Shown here: positions 48,190-60,758 of the stretch, in pieces | How positions within the stretch are numbered: the first letter of the stretch is position 1 | Layout: each line of letters starts with the position of its first letter | Source of the DNA: Mobula hypostoma | Taxonomy: Eukaryota | Length of the DNA stretch: 64,000 nucleotides | Reading direction: 5' to 3' | Assembly: GCF_963921235.1 (NCBI RefSeq) | Contig: NC_086098.1 | Coordinates: 2,790,001 to 2,854,000, forward strand | Made by a program: the position numbers and the translations under genes | Notes under the pieces: generated by a model | Database searches by the model: none | Told to the model about the DNA's origin: nothing | The model's input: the letters and a program-made list of their open reading frames with translations, nothing else

Positions 48190-48660
48190 AAACACAAGGG
48201 ATTCTACAGATGCTAGAAAATCAGAACAACACATACAAAATTTTGGAGGAAGTCAACAGGACAGGCAGCCTCTATGGATGGAAATAAAGAGTCTGTGTTT
48301 TGGGCTGAGACCCTTCATCAGGACTGGAAAGGAAGAGGGAAAAAGCCAAAATAAGAGTGTAGGGGAGGGGAAGGAGGGGAAGCTTGCAAGTGATAGGTGA
48401 ACCTAGGTGAGGGGGGAGGCAGATGGGTGGGGAGAGGGAGATGAAATGAGATGGTAAAAGATATGTTCCCAGGAAGGACACATGGCTCTGGCATCGAGAC
48501 TGGGTGAGCAGATGGTTGAAGAGTAGGAGACCAGTTGAGGTCACAGAGGGGAAGCAGTGAGAGAGGGTCTCACTGAACTCTTGTCTAAGATTTAAATTTC
48601 TCCAGGGTAGACATACCTTGAAGAGACTTTACAGTGAGATGCAAATCACGAGCAGAAGAT
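48190..48660 (-). mobile_element. Penelope pLTR with hammerhead motif (48289-48326) plus the associated block
   Basis: Reverse complement reads cagtc-CTGATGA-agggtctcagccc-AAAA-cacagact. Confidence 0.75.
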
Positions 48661-49261
48661 TTTCTGCAGGTACTGCAGATCCAGAGCAATACTGCCTCAG
48701 TAAAGCAGCCAATATAATCAAAGACCACACCACCATAGACATTCTCTCTTCTCCCGTCTCCCATCGGGCAGAAGATACAAAAGCCTGAAAGCACATACCA
48801 CCAGACTCAGACGCTTCAATGGTTCGCTATTGCAATGAGAAGGATTCTTGACCTCACAATCCAACTGGTTGTGACCTTGCACTTTATTGTCTGTCTGCAC
48901 TGCACTTTCTCTGTGACTGTTACACTTTATTCCAGAGCAACCCACACCAAATACTGCAGGAACACTGCATCTATGGAGAGGAATAAACAGTCGGTGTTTT
49001 GGGCCAAGACTTTTCATCAGACTGGAAAAGAAGAGGTCAGAAGCCAGACGAGGAAGGTGGATGAAGAAGAAGGAGTGCAATTTGGGAGGATTTAGGTGAG
49101 GAAAAGTGAGGGGCATGGTGGATGGATGGTGGTAACACCTACTGCTCTTGGTGTCCCAGGTATTCTCCCTTCTTAGTATTTAACAGACCATCCAAAAGGT
49201 CATTCAGAATCACCTGCCTCTGGCCCAGCGCAGGAAGATGTTGTGAGATCAGAATCTATGC

Positions 49262-49545
49262 AATTTTTATTTACTTTATTTATTTCTATATACGACACAG
49301 AACAGGCCCTTTTAACCCACCAAACCACGTCGCCCAGCAACATACCTATTTTTACACCAGCCTAATCACAGGGCAATTTACAATGAACAATTAACTAACT
49401 AGCTGGTATGTCTTTGGAATGCGGGAGGAAACCAGAGCACCCAAAGGAAATCCATGCGCATTAGGGAAGGAATGTATGAGACTTCTTACAGAGAAGGCGA
49501 GGCACTGACTCACGGAGCTGTAATACCAACACACTAGCCTGTACA
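49262..49545 (-). mobile_element. HE1-like V-SINE
   Basis: GTCTTTGGAATGCGGGAGGAAACCAGAGCACCC V-domain; T-rich tail. Confidence 0.78.
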
Positions 49546-49602
49546 ATATCATGGCGATGGGGAACGAAAGTAAGTGGGGGAAAGGAAGATGTTAACAGAG
49601 AA

Positions 49603-49797
49603 CAACACACATAAAAGTTGCTGGTGAACGCAGCAGGCCAGGCAGCGTCTCTAGGAAGAGGTGCAGTCGACGTTTCAGGCCGAGACCCTTCGTCGACTGC
49701 ACCTCTTCCTAGAGATGCTGCCTGGCCTGTTGCGTTCACCAGCAACTTTTATGTGTGTTGCTTGAATTTCCAGCATCTGCAGAATTCCTGTTGTTTG
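49603..49797 (+). mobile_element. Fold-back Penelope pLTR mini-insertion
   Basis: 70-bp inverted arms (68/70 match), 18-nt loop, 37-nt pLTR terminus; 13-bp TSD TGTTAACAGAGAA at 49590-49602 and 49798-49810. Confidence 0.9.
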
Positions 49798-49824
49798 TGT
49801 TAACAGAGAAGATTGTTAAGAAGC

Positions 49825-50386
49825 AGAATGTGTATGAGATGATATTGATCAGAAATAGAATGTGTATGAGGTGATATTGATCAGAAATAGAATGTGTATG
49901 AGGTGATATTGACCACAGGTAGAATGAGTATGAGGTGATATTGATCAGAAATAGAATGAGTATGAGGTGATATTGATCACAGGTAGAATGTGTATGAGGT
50001 GATATTGATCACAAATAGAGTGAGTATGAGGTGATATTGATTATGGATTGAATGTGTATAAGGTGATATTGATTACAAATAGAATGAGTATGAGGTGATA
50101 TTGATCAGAAATAGAATGTGTATGAGGTGATATTGATCAGAAATAGAATGAGTATGAGGTGATATTGATTACAAATAGAATGAGTATGAGATGATATTGA
50201 TCAAAAATAGAATGTGTATGAGGTGATATTGATCAGAAATAGAATGAGTATGAGGTGATATTGATCACAGGTAGAATGTGTATGAGGTGATATTGATCAC
50301 AAATAGAGTGAGTATGAGGTGATATTGATTATGGATTGAATGTGTATAAGGTGATATTGATTACAGATAGAATGTGTATGAGGTGA
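49825..50386. repeat. 32-bp minisatellite (AGAATGTGTATGAGGTGATATTGATCAGAAAT), about 17.5 copies
   Basis: Contiguous 32-bp units read directly. Confidence 0.96.
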
Positions 50387-50442
50387 GGTAACAAAAGGCA
50401 GCACTGCTTGTACTTTTCAAGAACTTATCTTTCCTTGTATCC

Positions 50443-51662
50443 TGTGTGACTAAGCACGTTGATAAAGGTAGAGCAGTAGATGTAGTGTATATGGATTTCA
50501 GCAAGGCATTTCATAAAGTACCCCATGCAAGGCTTACTGAGAAAGTAAGGAGGCATGTGATCCAAGGGGACCATGCTTTGTGGATTCAGAATTGGCTTGC
50601 CCACAGAAGGCAAAATGTGGTTGCAGATGGGTCATATTCTGCATAGAGGTTGGTGACCAGTGGTGTGCCTCAGGAATCGGTTCTGGGACCCCTTCTCTTC
50701 GTAATGTTTATAAATGACCTGGATGAGGAAGTGGAGGAATGGGTTAGTAAATTTGCAGATGACACAAAGGTTGGGAGTGTTGTGGATAGTGTGGAGGACT
50801 GTCAGAGGTTACAACGGGACATTGATAGGATCCAAAACTGGGCTTAGAAGTGCCAGATGGAGTTCAACCCAGATAAGTGTGAGGTGGTTCATTTTGATAG
50901 GTCAAATATGATGGCAGAATATAGTATTAATGGTAAGCCGCTTGGCAGTGTGGAGGATCAGAGGGAACTTGGGGTCCCATTCCATAGGACACTCAAAGCT
51001 GCTGCGCGGGTTGACTCTGTGGTTAAGAGGGCATACGGTGTATTGGTCTTCATCAACCGTAGGATTGAGTTCAAGAGCTGAGAGATAATGTTGCAGCTAT
51101 ATAGGACCCTGGTCAGACCCCACTTGGAGTACTGTGCTCAGTTCTGGTCACCTCACTACAGGAAGGATGTGGAAACTATAAAAGGGGTGCAGAGGAAATT
51201 TATAAGAATGTTGCCTGGATTGGGGTGCATGCCTTATGCGAATAGGTTGAGTGAACTCGGCCTTTTCTCCTTGGAGTGGCAGAGGATGGGAGGTGACCTG
51301 ATAGAGATGTACAAGATGATGAGAGGCATAGATCGTGTGGATAGTCAGAGGCTTTTTCCCAGGGCTGAAATGGCTAACTAACACAAGAAGCTACGGTTTT
51401 AAAGTGCTTGGAAGTAGGTGCAGAGCAGATGTCAGGGATAAATATTTTACGCAGAGAGTGGTGAGTGCATGGAATGGGCTGCCGGCAACAGTGGTGGAGG
51501 CGGAAACGATAGGGTCTTTTAAGAGACTTCTGGGTTGGTACATAGAGCTTAGAAAAATAGAGGGCTATGGGTAACCCTAGGTAATTTCTAAAGTAAGGAC
51601 ATGTTCGGTACAGCATTGTGGGCCGAAGGGCCTGTATTGTGCTGTAGGTTTTCTATGCTTCT
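50443..51662 (+). mobile_element. CR1 LINE RT to 3' end
   Basis: [37 protein letters not shown]; same subfamily as 5630-8077. Confidence 0.93.
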
Positions 51663-52004
51663 AAAATGCGGCACATTTAATATAATTCATAAGGATAAGA
51701 AATTTGGCCAAGTGTTATATCCATGGTCACATAGTTCTCAATACTCTTCTCTAGCCGTCCAGCAAAAAAAAATCCAAAAAGTCTTTTAAGGGTTATGACA
51801 ATGAGTACTGTTATTGCAAAGCTATCACCATCACAATTCATCCAAAATGTTGTAACAAATTTCCCACAGTAACAATGCTTCTAAATGTTAACCATTTAAG
51901 TATCCCCTGAACAGTACAGCTTCTTCCAGGAACATTTTCAAAATCCAGGTTGTGCACGTCTTGCACAATCTCTCATATTCACCAAGCACATTCAATACAA
52001 TAAG

Positions 52005-53095
52005 AAAAGCTCTCCAATGCCTCTATTTTCTGAGGAAGTTAAAGAGAGCAGGACTTTGCACATCGACACTCACATCAATTCTACAAATGTGCAGTAGAGA
52101 TCATCCCTTCTCCGTGGATTGTCACCTTGTCGCGGTGGAGAAGCTTGTGTGGTCCTGAGATCCCGAGAGCAATGCCGTCTGGAGCTATGCTCCTGGTAGG
52201 GTCACCCATGGCGGTAAGGTCGAGGATGAGGTCCCTGATAAAGAACAATCCAACCAAGACCTCAACGGTGGAACAGGCGGATGAAGTTACTTCGAACTCA
52301 ATGGCTGTGAAGGCGGATGAAGGCTGCAACAAATCCATCAGCTCCAATCGTCGTGGTTTCCATGCCATTGGAATCAGTTGGTTAATTTGTGAAGTATCGT
52401 GTGCTTCTTGGGGTGCAACATCAAGTACATGTTAAACAAATGCACACATAGGCATCTTCACTCTGTGGGCCACTTCTTCAGAACAAAGACCATAATCCTC
52501 GACCTTGAGGGACAGCCACGACGACAAGAGATGATCCTGACATGCGGCACCAATGCATGGTCCAGAAGCTGCCCGCTGAGGGACAGGAAGCCTCTACAAC
52601 GGGTCGTCAAAACTGCCCAACTCATCACCGGTTCCAACCTTCCCACCATCATGGACATATATACAGAAAGGTGCGGCTAAGGACCATTATCATCATGAAG
52701 AATTCCACACACCCTTCTCTTGGCTTTTTTGTCCCACTCCCATCAGGATTGAAGCTACGTAATATCCATGCCAGGACCAGAAGACTTAAAACAGTCACTT
52801 TCCCCAGGCAGTAAGGCTGATCAACACTTCCCACCCCTCCACACCCCTAACCACCACTACTTTATCACTTCCTGTCAGAGTCACCCTTATGTACAGACAC
52901 TGCTGTGCCCAGTGTCACTTTATGGACATACAATTAATCTATGATTAAGCTATCTATGTATTTATATTTATTGTGTTTTTATTATTGTGCTCTTTATCTT
53001 ATTGTGTGTTTTTTTGCACTGCATTGGTCCAGAGTAACAATTATTTTATTCTCCTTTACACTTGTGTACAGGAAATGACATTAATCCAATTTGAA
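52005..53095 (+). mobile_element. Rex1/Babar 3' fragment split by a bipartite RTE
   Basis: KALQCLYFLRKLKRAG on the left; RKPLQRVVKTAQ and PLPSG on the right. Confidence 0.83.
52107..52526 (+). mobile_element. Bipartite non-autonomous RTE (5'UTR-like head plus RTE 3' tail)
   Basis: TSD AGAGAT(C/G)ATCC at 52096-52106 and 52527-52537; tail shared with 12476-12530; head resembles Rex3/Expander-type 5'UTR (recalled, not searched). Confidence 0.78.
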
Positions 53096-53384
53096 AAAAG
53101 TAACTATTGTTCAGGTATGTTCAGGTTAGTAATCACTGAAGATACCTTGGAACACGCATTTCTCAAATGCAGCCTCATTGTTTGCATCCTTCTCTTACCT
53201 ACACTGTGCTAGGTATATCTGCTGCACCACAAAGATCGATCCTGTATATTGATGCAATTTTTCAAAGACAGCGCGACAGTGGGATATTTCCTTCAAAGTT
53301 TGAGGAGATTTCATCTGTCACCAAAGGCTCTAGCAAATTTCTACAGATGTACTGTGATTGGTCGCATCATTGTCTGGTATGGAG

Positions 53385-54340
53385 GGGCCACTGAATCGTA
53401 GTGAGGGAGGAGGTGTAGGACAGATGTAGCATTTATTCCACTTGCAAGGATAAGTGCCAGGAGGGAGATCAGTAGGGAGGGATGAATGGACAAGGGAGTC
53501 ACGTAGGAAATGATTCCCGCGGAACGCAGGAAGTTTGGGGGAGGGAAAGATGTGCTTGTTGGTGGGATCCCAATGGAGTTGGCAGAAGTTCTGGAGAATT
53601 ATGTGCTGGATGCAGAGGCTGTTGGGGTGGTAGGTGAGGATAAGAGGAAGGGTAGGGTGGTGTGCAGATGTGCATGAAATGGAAGAGATGCGGTTGAGGG
53701 CAGCATTGAAGATGGAGGAAGGGAAACCCATTTTTTTTAAAAAAGAGGATATTTCCTTTGTTCTAGAATGAAAAGCCTCACCCTGAGGGCTGATGTGCTG
53801 GAGACAGAGGAATTGAGAGAAGGGTTTGGTATTTTTACAAGCAGCAGTGAGAGTCTTAGGGTTTATAACAGACATCAGTAGATAAGCTGTCTCCAGAGAT
53901 AGAGACAGAGAGATCGAGAACGGGGAGGGAGGTGTCGGGAATGGACCAGGTAAATTTGAGGGCAGGGTGGAAGTCGGAGGCAAAGTTGATGAAGTCGACG
54001 ATCTCTGCATGGGTGCAGGAAGCAGCGCCAATGTAGTTGTCGATATAGTGTAGGAAAAGTGGCGGGGGGGGGGCAGACACCAGTGTAGGCTTGGAACATA
54101 GGCTGTTCCATGTAGCTGACAAGAAGGCAGGCATAGCTTGGACCCATGTGAGTGCCCATGGCTACACATTTTGTTTGAAGGAAGTTGGAGGAACTAAAGG
54201 AGAAATTAAGAGGGAAGACAAGTTCTGTTACACGGAGGAGAGTGGTCACAGAGGAGAACTAGTTAGGTCTAGTGTCCAGAAAGAAAAGAAAATCTTTGAG
54301 GCCTTCCTGTTGGGGATGGAGATGTAAAGGGACAGGATAT
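53385..54340 (-). mobile_element. Penelope-like element, RT fragment
   Basis: QTKCVAMGTHMGPSYACL, YIDNYIG, FHPALKFTW, LILTYHPN, PGTYPC. Confidence 0.9.
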
Positions 54341-54469
54341 CCTTAATGCACTGCCTTCCTTACCACTGACTCAACCTGCTAGTTAACCTTTAGGAAACCC
54401 TGGGCAAGGGCTCCCAATGTTGGAAATACTCAACAGATCAGGTAGCATCAAAGAAACATGGTCTATCTT

Positions 54470-54905
54470 TCATGGATCAGAAGTGGAAAGCGTGAGCAAT
54501 TTTAAGCTCCTGAGGGTCTGAGGATTTATCCTGGGCCCAACATATCAATGCAGCTACAAAGAAGGCGCAAGAACAGTTATATGTCATTAGGAGTTTGAGG
54601 AGATTAATATGTCACCAATGATTCTTGCAAATTTCTAAATATGTACCATGGAGAGCATTCTAACTGACTGCATTACAGCCTGGTATGAGTGTGGGAGGAG
54701 TGGTGCTACAGCACAGGATCAAAATAAGCTGCAGAAAGTTGTAAACGGTTAGCTCCATCATGAGACTGTGTAGTATCCAGCACATCTTCACGGAGCAATG
54801 CCTCAAAAAGGAGGAACCTATCATTAAGGACCCCCACTATTATTATGTATTGCATTGCTGCCTCATATGCGACATATGTAGGTGATATTAAACCTGCTTC
54901 TGACT
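54470..54905 (+). mobile_element. Rex1/Babar fragment
   Basis: GAGAGCATTCTAACTGACTGCATTACAGCCTGGTATG (ESILTDCITAWY). Confidence 0.78.
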
Positions 54906-54950
54906 GATTATATTTCACGTCAAAACCAATTTCCCCTGGGATGAATAAAG

Positions 54951-54978
54951 TATGACTATGACTATGACTATGACTATG
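54951..54978. repeat. (ATGACT)n microsatellite following AATAAA, a probable LINE tail
   Basis: GAATAAAGTATGACTATGACTATGACTATGACTATG. Confidence 0.8.
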
Positions 54979-56832
54979 TCAATGGAGAAGGCAGGAGAAT
55001 GGAGGTGAGAGGGTTAATTTGTTCCCCCTTTGAAAATAGTCTATGAGAGGCAATAACAGAAGAAAGACACTCCAATTTTTTTTTTGAATTCCTTAAGCAA
55101 CTGAGATCTGTTAGGATAGCTCATGGATTAAGTGACATTCACTATTTGATCAGAAATATGGCCAATGTTGGTCTTTCAGCAGAAAAGTGCTTAGCCTATT
55201 ACATTAATGCACCTCTTATTGACATCTTGTCCAGTTAAATAGATATAAACCGATGTAAAAAGGATTAAAAGTTTTTATGTAAAACCATTAAAAATACACA
55301 TTGCCCTTTAAATACTCCTGACCATCAACTCTCACAGGAGAAATTTTAAAGATTAGCTTTACTTCTCATGTCTACGTCAAGATATTGAAACACACAGTAA
55401 ATGCATTGTTTTTGCATCAAGTTAAATCAGTGAGGATTGTGCTGGGTCGCCTTCAAGTTTTGCCATAGTCCTGACATCCCCGAAAATACAACATTGATTT
55501 GTTCAGAAGTACGGCACAGTGACAGGCCATTCCAACCCGTATCGCCCAGTGACACCTGTGTGACCAACTAACCTACTAACCCACATGTCTTTGGAATGTG
55601 GGAACAAGCCGAAGCACCCTGAAAAAACCCACACAGTCACAGGGAGAACATGCAAATTCTTACACACAGCAGCAAGAGTTGAACACCGATCTTACAGCTG
55701 ACACTGGAATGGTGTAATGATTACTGCTACGCCAACATGTTGCCCCAAGGTATAGGGCAGGTGGGAACATATCTGAACCAACACAAACAGTGTTGGAAAT
55801 ACTCAACAGGTCAGGTCACGTACCATCTGAGAAACATGGTTTATATTTTAGGCCAAAGGACAAAGTAAGTTTATCATCAAACTACATATATGTCACCATA
55901 TGCTATCTTGAGATTCATTTCCTTACAAGCATTCACAGTACAACAAAATAATACAATAGAATCAGTGAAAAACTGTACACAACAAAGATGGACAAACAAG
56001 CAACATGCAAAAGAAGACAGACTTTCCAAATACAAAAATAGCAATCAATAAGTAAATAGATAGATAAATGAATAAATAAACAAACAAGCAAGCAAGCAAT
56101 ATCAAGAACAAGTTGTCGAGTACACAGATTGTGGAATCAGTTCAGTATCAAATAAGAAAATGCAAAATAGGTGCAAAACTGCAAAGCAAAAAATTGAATA
56201 GAGATTAATCTTTGTATTTTATTTTATGCGCACAAAAACAATTTTAAAACTGACTTTTGAGAGAGATGAGTGCCGGGAAAATACTTGCAGGTGAGGGAAT
56301 GGTTTGGTAAAATGTTCTTTATGCATATTTTTCGATTAAATGTAATGCAAACATAAAGAAGTCCCCAGTCTAATTGAAGGATTCAGTTTCTCAGACGTGA
56401 CTTAGGGCCAACTGTTCCTCACTGAGCCAGTCACAGAGCTGATAGGAATTTATAAAAAACAGAAGGAGCGGATACCACTCCAGCCTTAAAATCTCAGATA
56501 TGGGATTTTATAAAAGCAACACATAATTTGAAGTAAATAACATTCAGTAAATAGTTCTTAAGGGTGTTATTGAAAGTCATTTAAAAATATATTAGAGTGT
56601 GTTTCAGAATGCATCTGCCTTCCTGTTTACATTTGTTCACTGAATGCTACGCAAATGACACATTGATTGTATAAACAATAAAAACAGCAGTGCAAATTAA
56701 AATATAGGTTAATACCATCCAGGGGGCATTTCAATCACCCCTAAACGCTATACAGTGCGTCATGCACCACAGCCTGTAAGAGGCAAGCAAAGGGATTGTT
56801 TTTCAAATAGGAAACTCTGTGTAAGCCATAAA

Positions 56833-57323
56833 CACTCAGTAGCCACTTTATTGGGAACCTCCTGAACCTTCTGAACGTCTTGAACCTCTTGTACCTCCTG
56901 AATCTCCTGAAATTCCTGAACCTGCTGCACATAATGAAGTGGGCACTGAGTGTATATTTGTGGTTTCTGCCACTGTAGCCTGTCCACTTTAAGGTTCAAC
57001 ATGTTGTGCATTCACAGATGCTCTTCGACACACCATTGTTATAACGTTTGGTTACTTGAGTTACTATTCCCTTCCTATCAGCTCGAACCAGTCTGGCCGT
57101 TCTCTCTGACCTCTCTCATTAACAAGGCACTTCACCCACAGAACTGCCACTCACTGGTTGAGTTTTATTTTCTGCACCATTCTCTGTAACTCTAGAGACT
57201 GTTGTGCATGAAAATCCCAGGAAATCAGCAGTTTCTGAAATAGTCAAACCACCCCATCTGGCTCCAACAATCATTCCATGGTCAAAGTCACTTTGATCAC
57301 ATTTCTTCCCCATTCTGATGTTT
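56833..57323 (-). mobile_element. Tc1 derivative, truncated
   Basis: MGKKCDQSDFDHGMIVGARWGGLTISETADFLGFSCTTVSRV is a Tc1 transposase N-terminus; paired TIRs at the left. Confidence 0.87.
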
Positions 57324-57394
57324 TGCAGCCGCAGTAGAGTGTAAAAGCATAAAATTACCATAAACTAAAAAAATAAATAAATTGTGAAAAAAAG

Positions 57395-57685
57395 TCAGAG
57401 GCACAGCCTCAGAATAGAAAAATGTCCCTTTAGAACAGAGATGAGGAGCAATTTCTTTAGGTAGAAAGAGGTGAATCTGTGGAATTCATTGCCACAGATG
57501 GCTGTGGAGGCCAAGTTATTGGGTATATTTAAAGTGGAGGTTGACAGTTTCTTGATTAGTAAGGGCATTGGAGGTTATGGGGAGAAGGCAGAAGATTGGG
57601 GTTGGGAGGGAGAATAAATCAACTATGATGGAATAGTGGAGCAGACTCGATTGGTTGAATCTAATTCTGCTCCTGTGTCTTAAGG
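57395..57685 (+). mobile_element. CR1 3' fragment
   Basis: Shared CR1 ORF end and 3'UTR. Confidence 0.82.
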
Positions 57686-58744
57686 TGTAAATAAAAGGAA
57701 TAATGAGGTAGTGTTGATAAATCATTCAGAAATCTGTTAGTAGAGGGGAAGGTGCTGTTTCTGAATTAAAGGTCCTTAGGCTTCCGCACCCCCTCCTTAA
57801 TGGTAGTAACAAGAAGAGGGCATGTCCTGACCAGAATAATTTGCTTAATTGTGAAAAACAATAGACGTATGAAAAATAAACAGCCTTGAAGATATAATTC
57901 ATCTGCCATCATTCTGACACAAGAGGGAAGATTACCACTGTCAGCACTAACAGAATGGCTGGTGGTGGAGAGGGTTCTGCTGTTGCACAGTGGGAGATTC
58001 TGCTCAGGCTTGTAGACTGTGGAGAGCACAGCATCACCGGTTTGGTGGGGCTTGGATAAGACTGTCTAGACAACAGAAAACAAACACGAAGAAATGTGTA
58101 CAATTTTCCCATGAGAAAAGCCTACAGCATGACTACCAGCAGCTCATTGGACTATCAAGTTCATGCTCTCTGACCAATCTTCTCCACTCAATCTTTAAAT
58201 CTGGCAAAATAACAGGATGGGCAAAGTTGGCAGTGAAAGACAGGGCACCGGTAGAGCAGAGGAATCTGGGAATACTAAGGTGACTTTTACACAGTGAATG
58301 GTGAGGAGTGTGGTAGAACCGAGGGATCTGGGAATACAAAGTTCAAAGTAAATCTATTATCAAAGTACATATTTGTCACACAAACCTGAATTTCACTCTC
58401 TTGTGGACATTCACAATAAATACAAAGACACAATAGATTCAATGAAAAACTACACCCAGACAAAGACTGAAAAACAACCAATGTGCAAAAAAAAACAAAT
58501 TATACAAATTATAGCCTTCAGTATTGTTATGTTGAGGTTCTATTAGCTTCAGATTCAGATTTATTTATCATGTGTACATCAAAACATACGGTGAAATACA
58601 TTGTTTCTGTTAACAACCAACATACCCAAGGATATGCTGCGGTTGTAGCCGCATATTCCAGCGCCAACATAGCGTGCCCACAATAATCGGTAGAACAACA
58701 CAAAACACAACAACCACAAAACAAGCCCGTTCCGCCCTCCCTCT

Positions 58745-59290
58745 CAGACGTTGGTGAGGACAAATTTGGAGTATTGTGTGCAGTTCTGGTCCCCTACCTA
58801 CAGGAAAAGTATCAATCGGATTGAAAGAGTGCAGAGCAAACTTGGACTTCATGGATGTTGCCTGGACTTCAGGACTTGAGTTTTGGGGAAAGTTTGATTC
58901 GGTTAGGACTTTATTCCCTATAAAGCAGGAGAATGAGGAGAGATTTGATGGTGGTTTATAAAATTACAAATATACTGTGGATAGGGCAGATGTAAGCGGG
59001 TGTTTTCAAGGTCTGGTGGGAGTAGAGGTCATGGGCTAAGGGCAAAAGGTAAAATATTTGAAGGAAACCTGAAGGGGAACTTCTTCCCTCAGAAGGCGTA
59101 GCAAGTGTGGAACGAGTTGCCAGCAGAAGTGATTTCAATATTTAAGAGAATTTTGGATAGATAAATGGCTGAGAAGTTTTGGAGGACTTTGGCCTTGGTG
59201 TGGGTTGAGGGTATTGGGCTGAATAACATTTTGGCACTGACTAGAAGGGCTGAATAGACTGTTTCCGCACTGTATTGCTCTGTGACTCTC
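58745..59290 (+). mobile_element. Old CR1 3' fragment
   Basis: TTGGAGTATTGTGTGCAGTTCTGGTC and a degenerate 3'UTR. Confidence 0.78.
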
Positions 59291-59970
59291 TGACTTTCAA
59301 TCTTCAACATGCTACTCTACTGCCTTTCTTCTGCCAAAGGAATGTAGAGACTTCATTTCATTAGGAAAATCTGTCCTGGCACAGAATTTGAAAATCCTTT
59401 CTGCTCTCTCACACATGCTTCGGAATGCAGAGCCTTTCCCCTGTTGCCCACCCTTCTCAGAATAATACCCTACAGGCAAAGAAAAACAACTATCTCATCA
59501 TTAAGTGGACTCCTCTTGACCAAAAGGACTTGGACCTGGACATCACTGGGTTGTGTGTTCCTGAATTGGTAAACAGAAAACACTATAAACTATTGGCTTT
59601 AAATTGGCAGAGAAATGGTTAATAAGCACCATCTGCACACTTTGCGCCGTCAGTCACTAATTGCATGCTACTTCACAGTTATACCACAGTGTCAGAACAA
59701 GGATTTGACAGAACTGATATAGTCTCTGTTCCAGCAGGTGCCCAAAATTCTACACACGATCTTCTATTATTGTTTCAGTGTGTACTCCAATTCTGGTGCC
59801 CATTCATCACTGCATAACTTTATAGATCAAATAAAAACTTTTGTTGCTTTTATCTTTCAGCTGTAGAAAATTAAGGATTCAAGATTAACTCATTTAAAAC
59901 CACATGCAATATCAGATGCTTTAAAAGATCAACAAAGCAGCTGGTTCAAAGGAAGATGACCCAACACCTC

Positions 59971-60440
59971 TTAAACACAAGAGCATCTGCAGATACAGGA
60001 AATCCAGAACAATGTACACAAAATGCTGGAGAAATTCAGCCAGTCAGACAGCATCTGTGGAGGGCAATAAACAGCTGATGTTTTGGGCTGACGTCCTGCA
60101 CAAGACTGGAAAGGAAGCGAGAAGAAGCCAGAATAAGGAGGATGGGGAAGGGAAAAGAGGACAAGCCTGTAGATAATAGGTGACCCCAGGTGAGCAGGGA
60201 AGGTGGGTGAGGGAATGGAGTAGGGGGTTGGGAGGTGATAGGTGGAAGAGGTAAAGGGCTGAGGAAGAAGGAATCTGATGGGAGAGGAGGGTGGACCATG
60301 CAAGAAAGGGGAGAGAAGGGGCACCACAGAGAGGTGGCGAGCTGGATGAGTCCTGATAAAGGGTCTCACTGGGAATTATTGATGGCTTATTCCTTTTCAT
60401 ACATGACCAGCTGAGTTCCTTTAGCATTTTGATCCAACAT
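59971..60440 (-). mobile_element. Penelope pLTR with a short inverted partner (about 60348-60440)
   Basis: Terminus AAACACAAGAGCATCTGCAGATACAGGAAATCC; degenerate hammerhead motifs at 60072-60109 (-) and about 60348-60370 (+). Confidence 0.72.
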
Positions 60441-60758
60441 CTCTCTGGAATAGGCTTCCCCCCGCCCCAGCACATCTTGGGTGCTTTAGTTGTTAACGGA
60501 AGTGATATATTTAATTGAATGTTTCAAAGTACACCTGATAAATAAATCTGAATCTGAATCTATATGGTTTTAATCATGTGCCACTCTCTGAGTTAAGACA
60601 CACCTTAAAAATAAACAAAAAAAGAAGAGGTTATTTTAATGTTAAGTGAATACAGCAATGTTTCAAGAGAATCTTATATCCCAAAGTCTATTTCAGATTG
60701 TGGAACAGTTCATAAAACAAAACATAGAAGATTTTAGGGTCATCATACTGTGGCCATA

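Noticed and set aside
49825..50386. CRISPR-like array (32-bp periodicity)
   Set aside because: Units are contiguous with no unique spacers, there are no cas genes, and the context is vertebrate; it is a minisatellite
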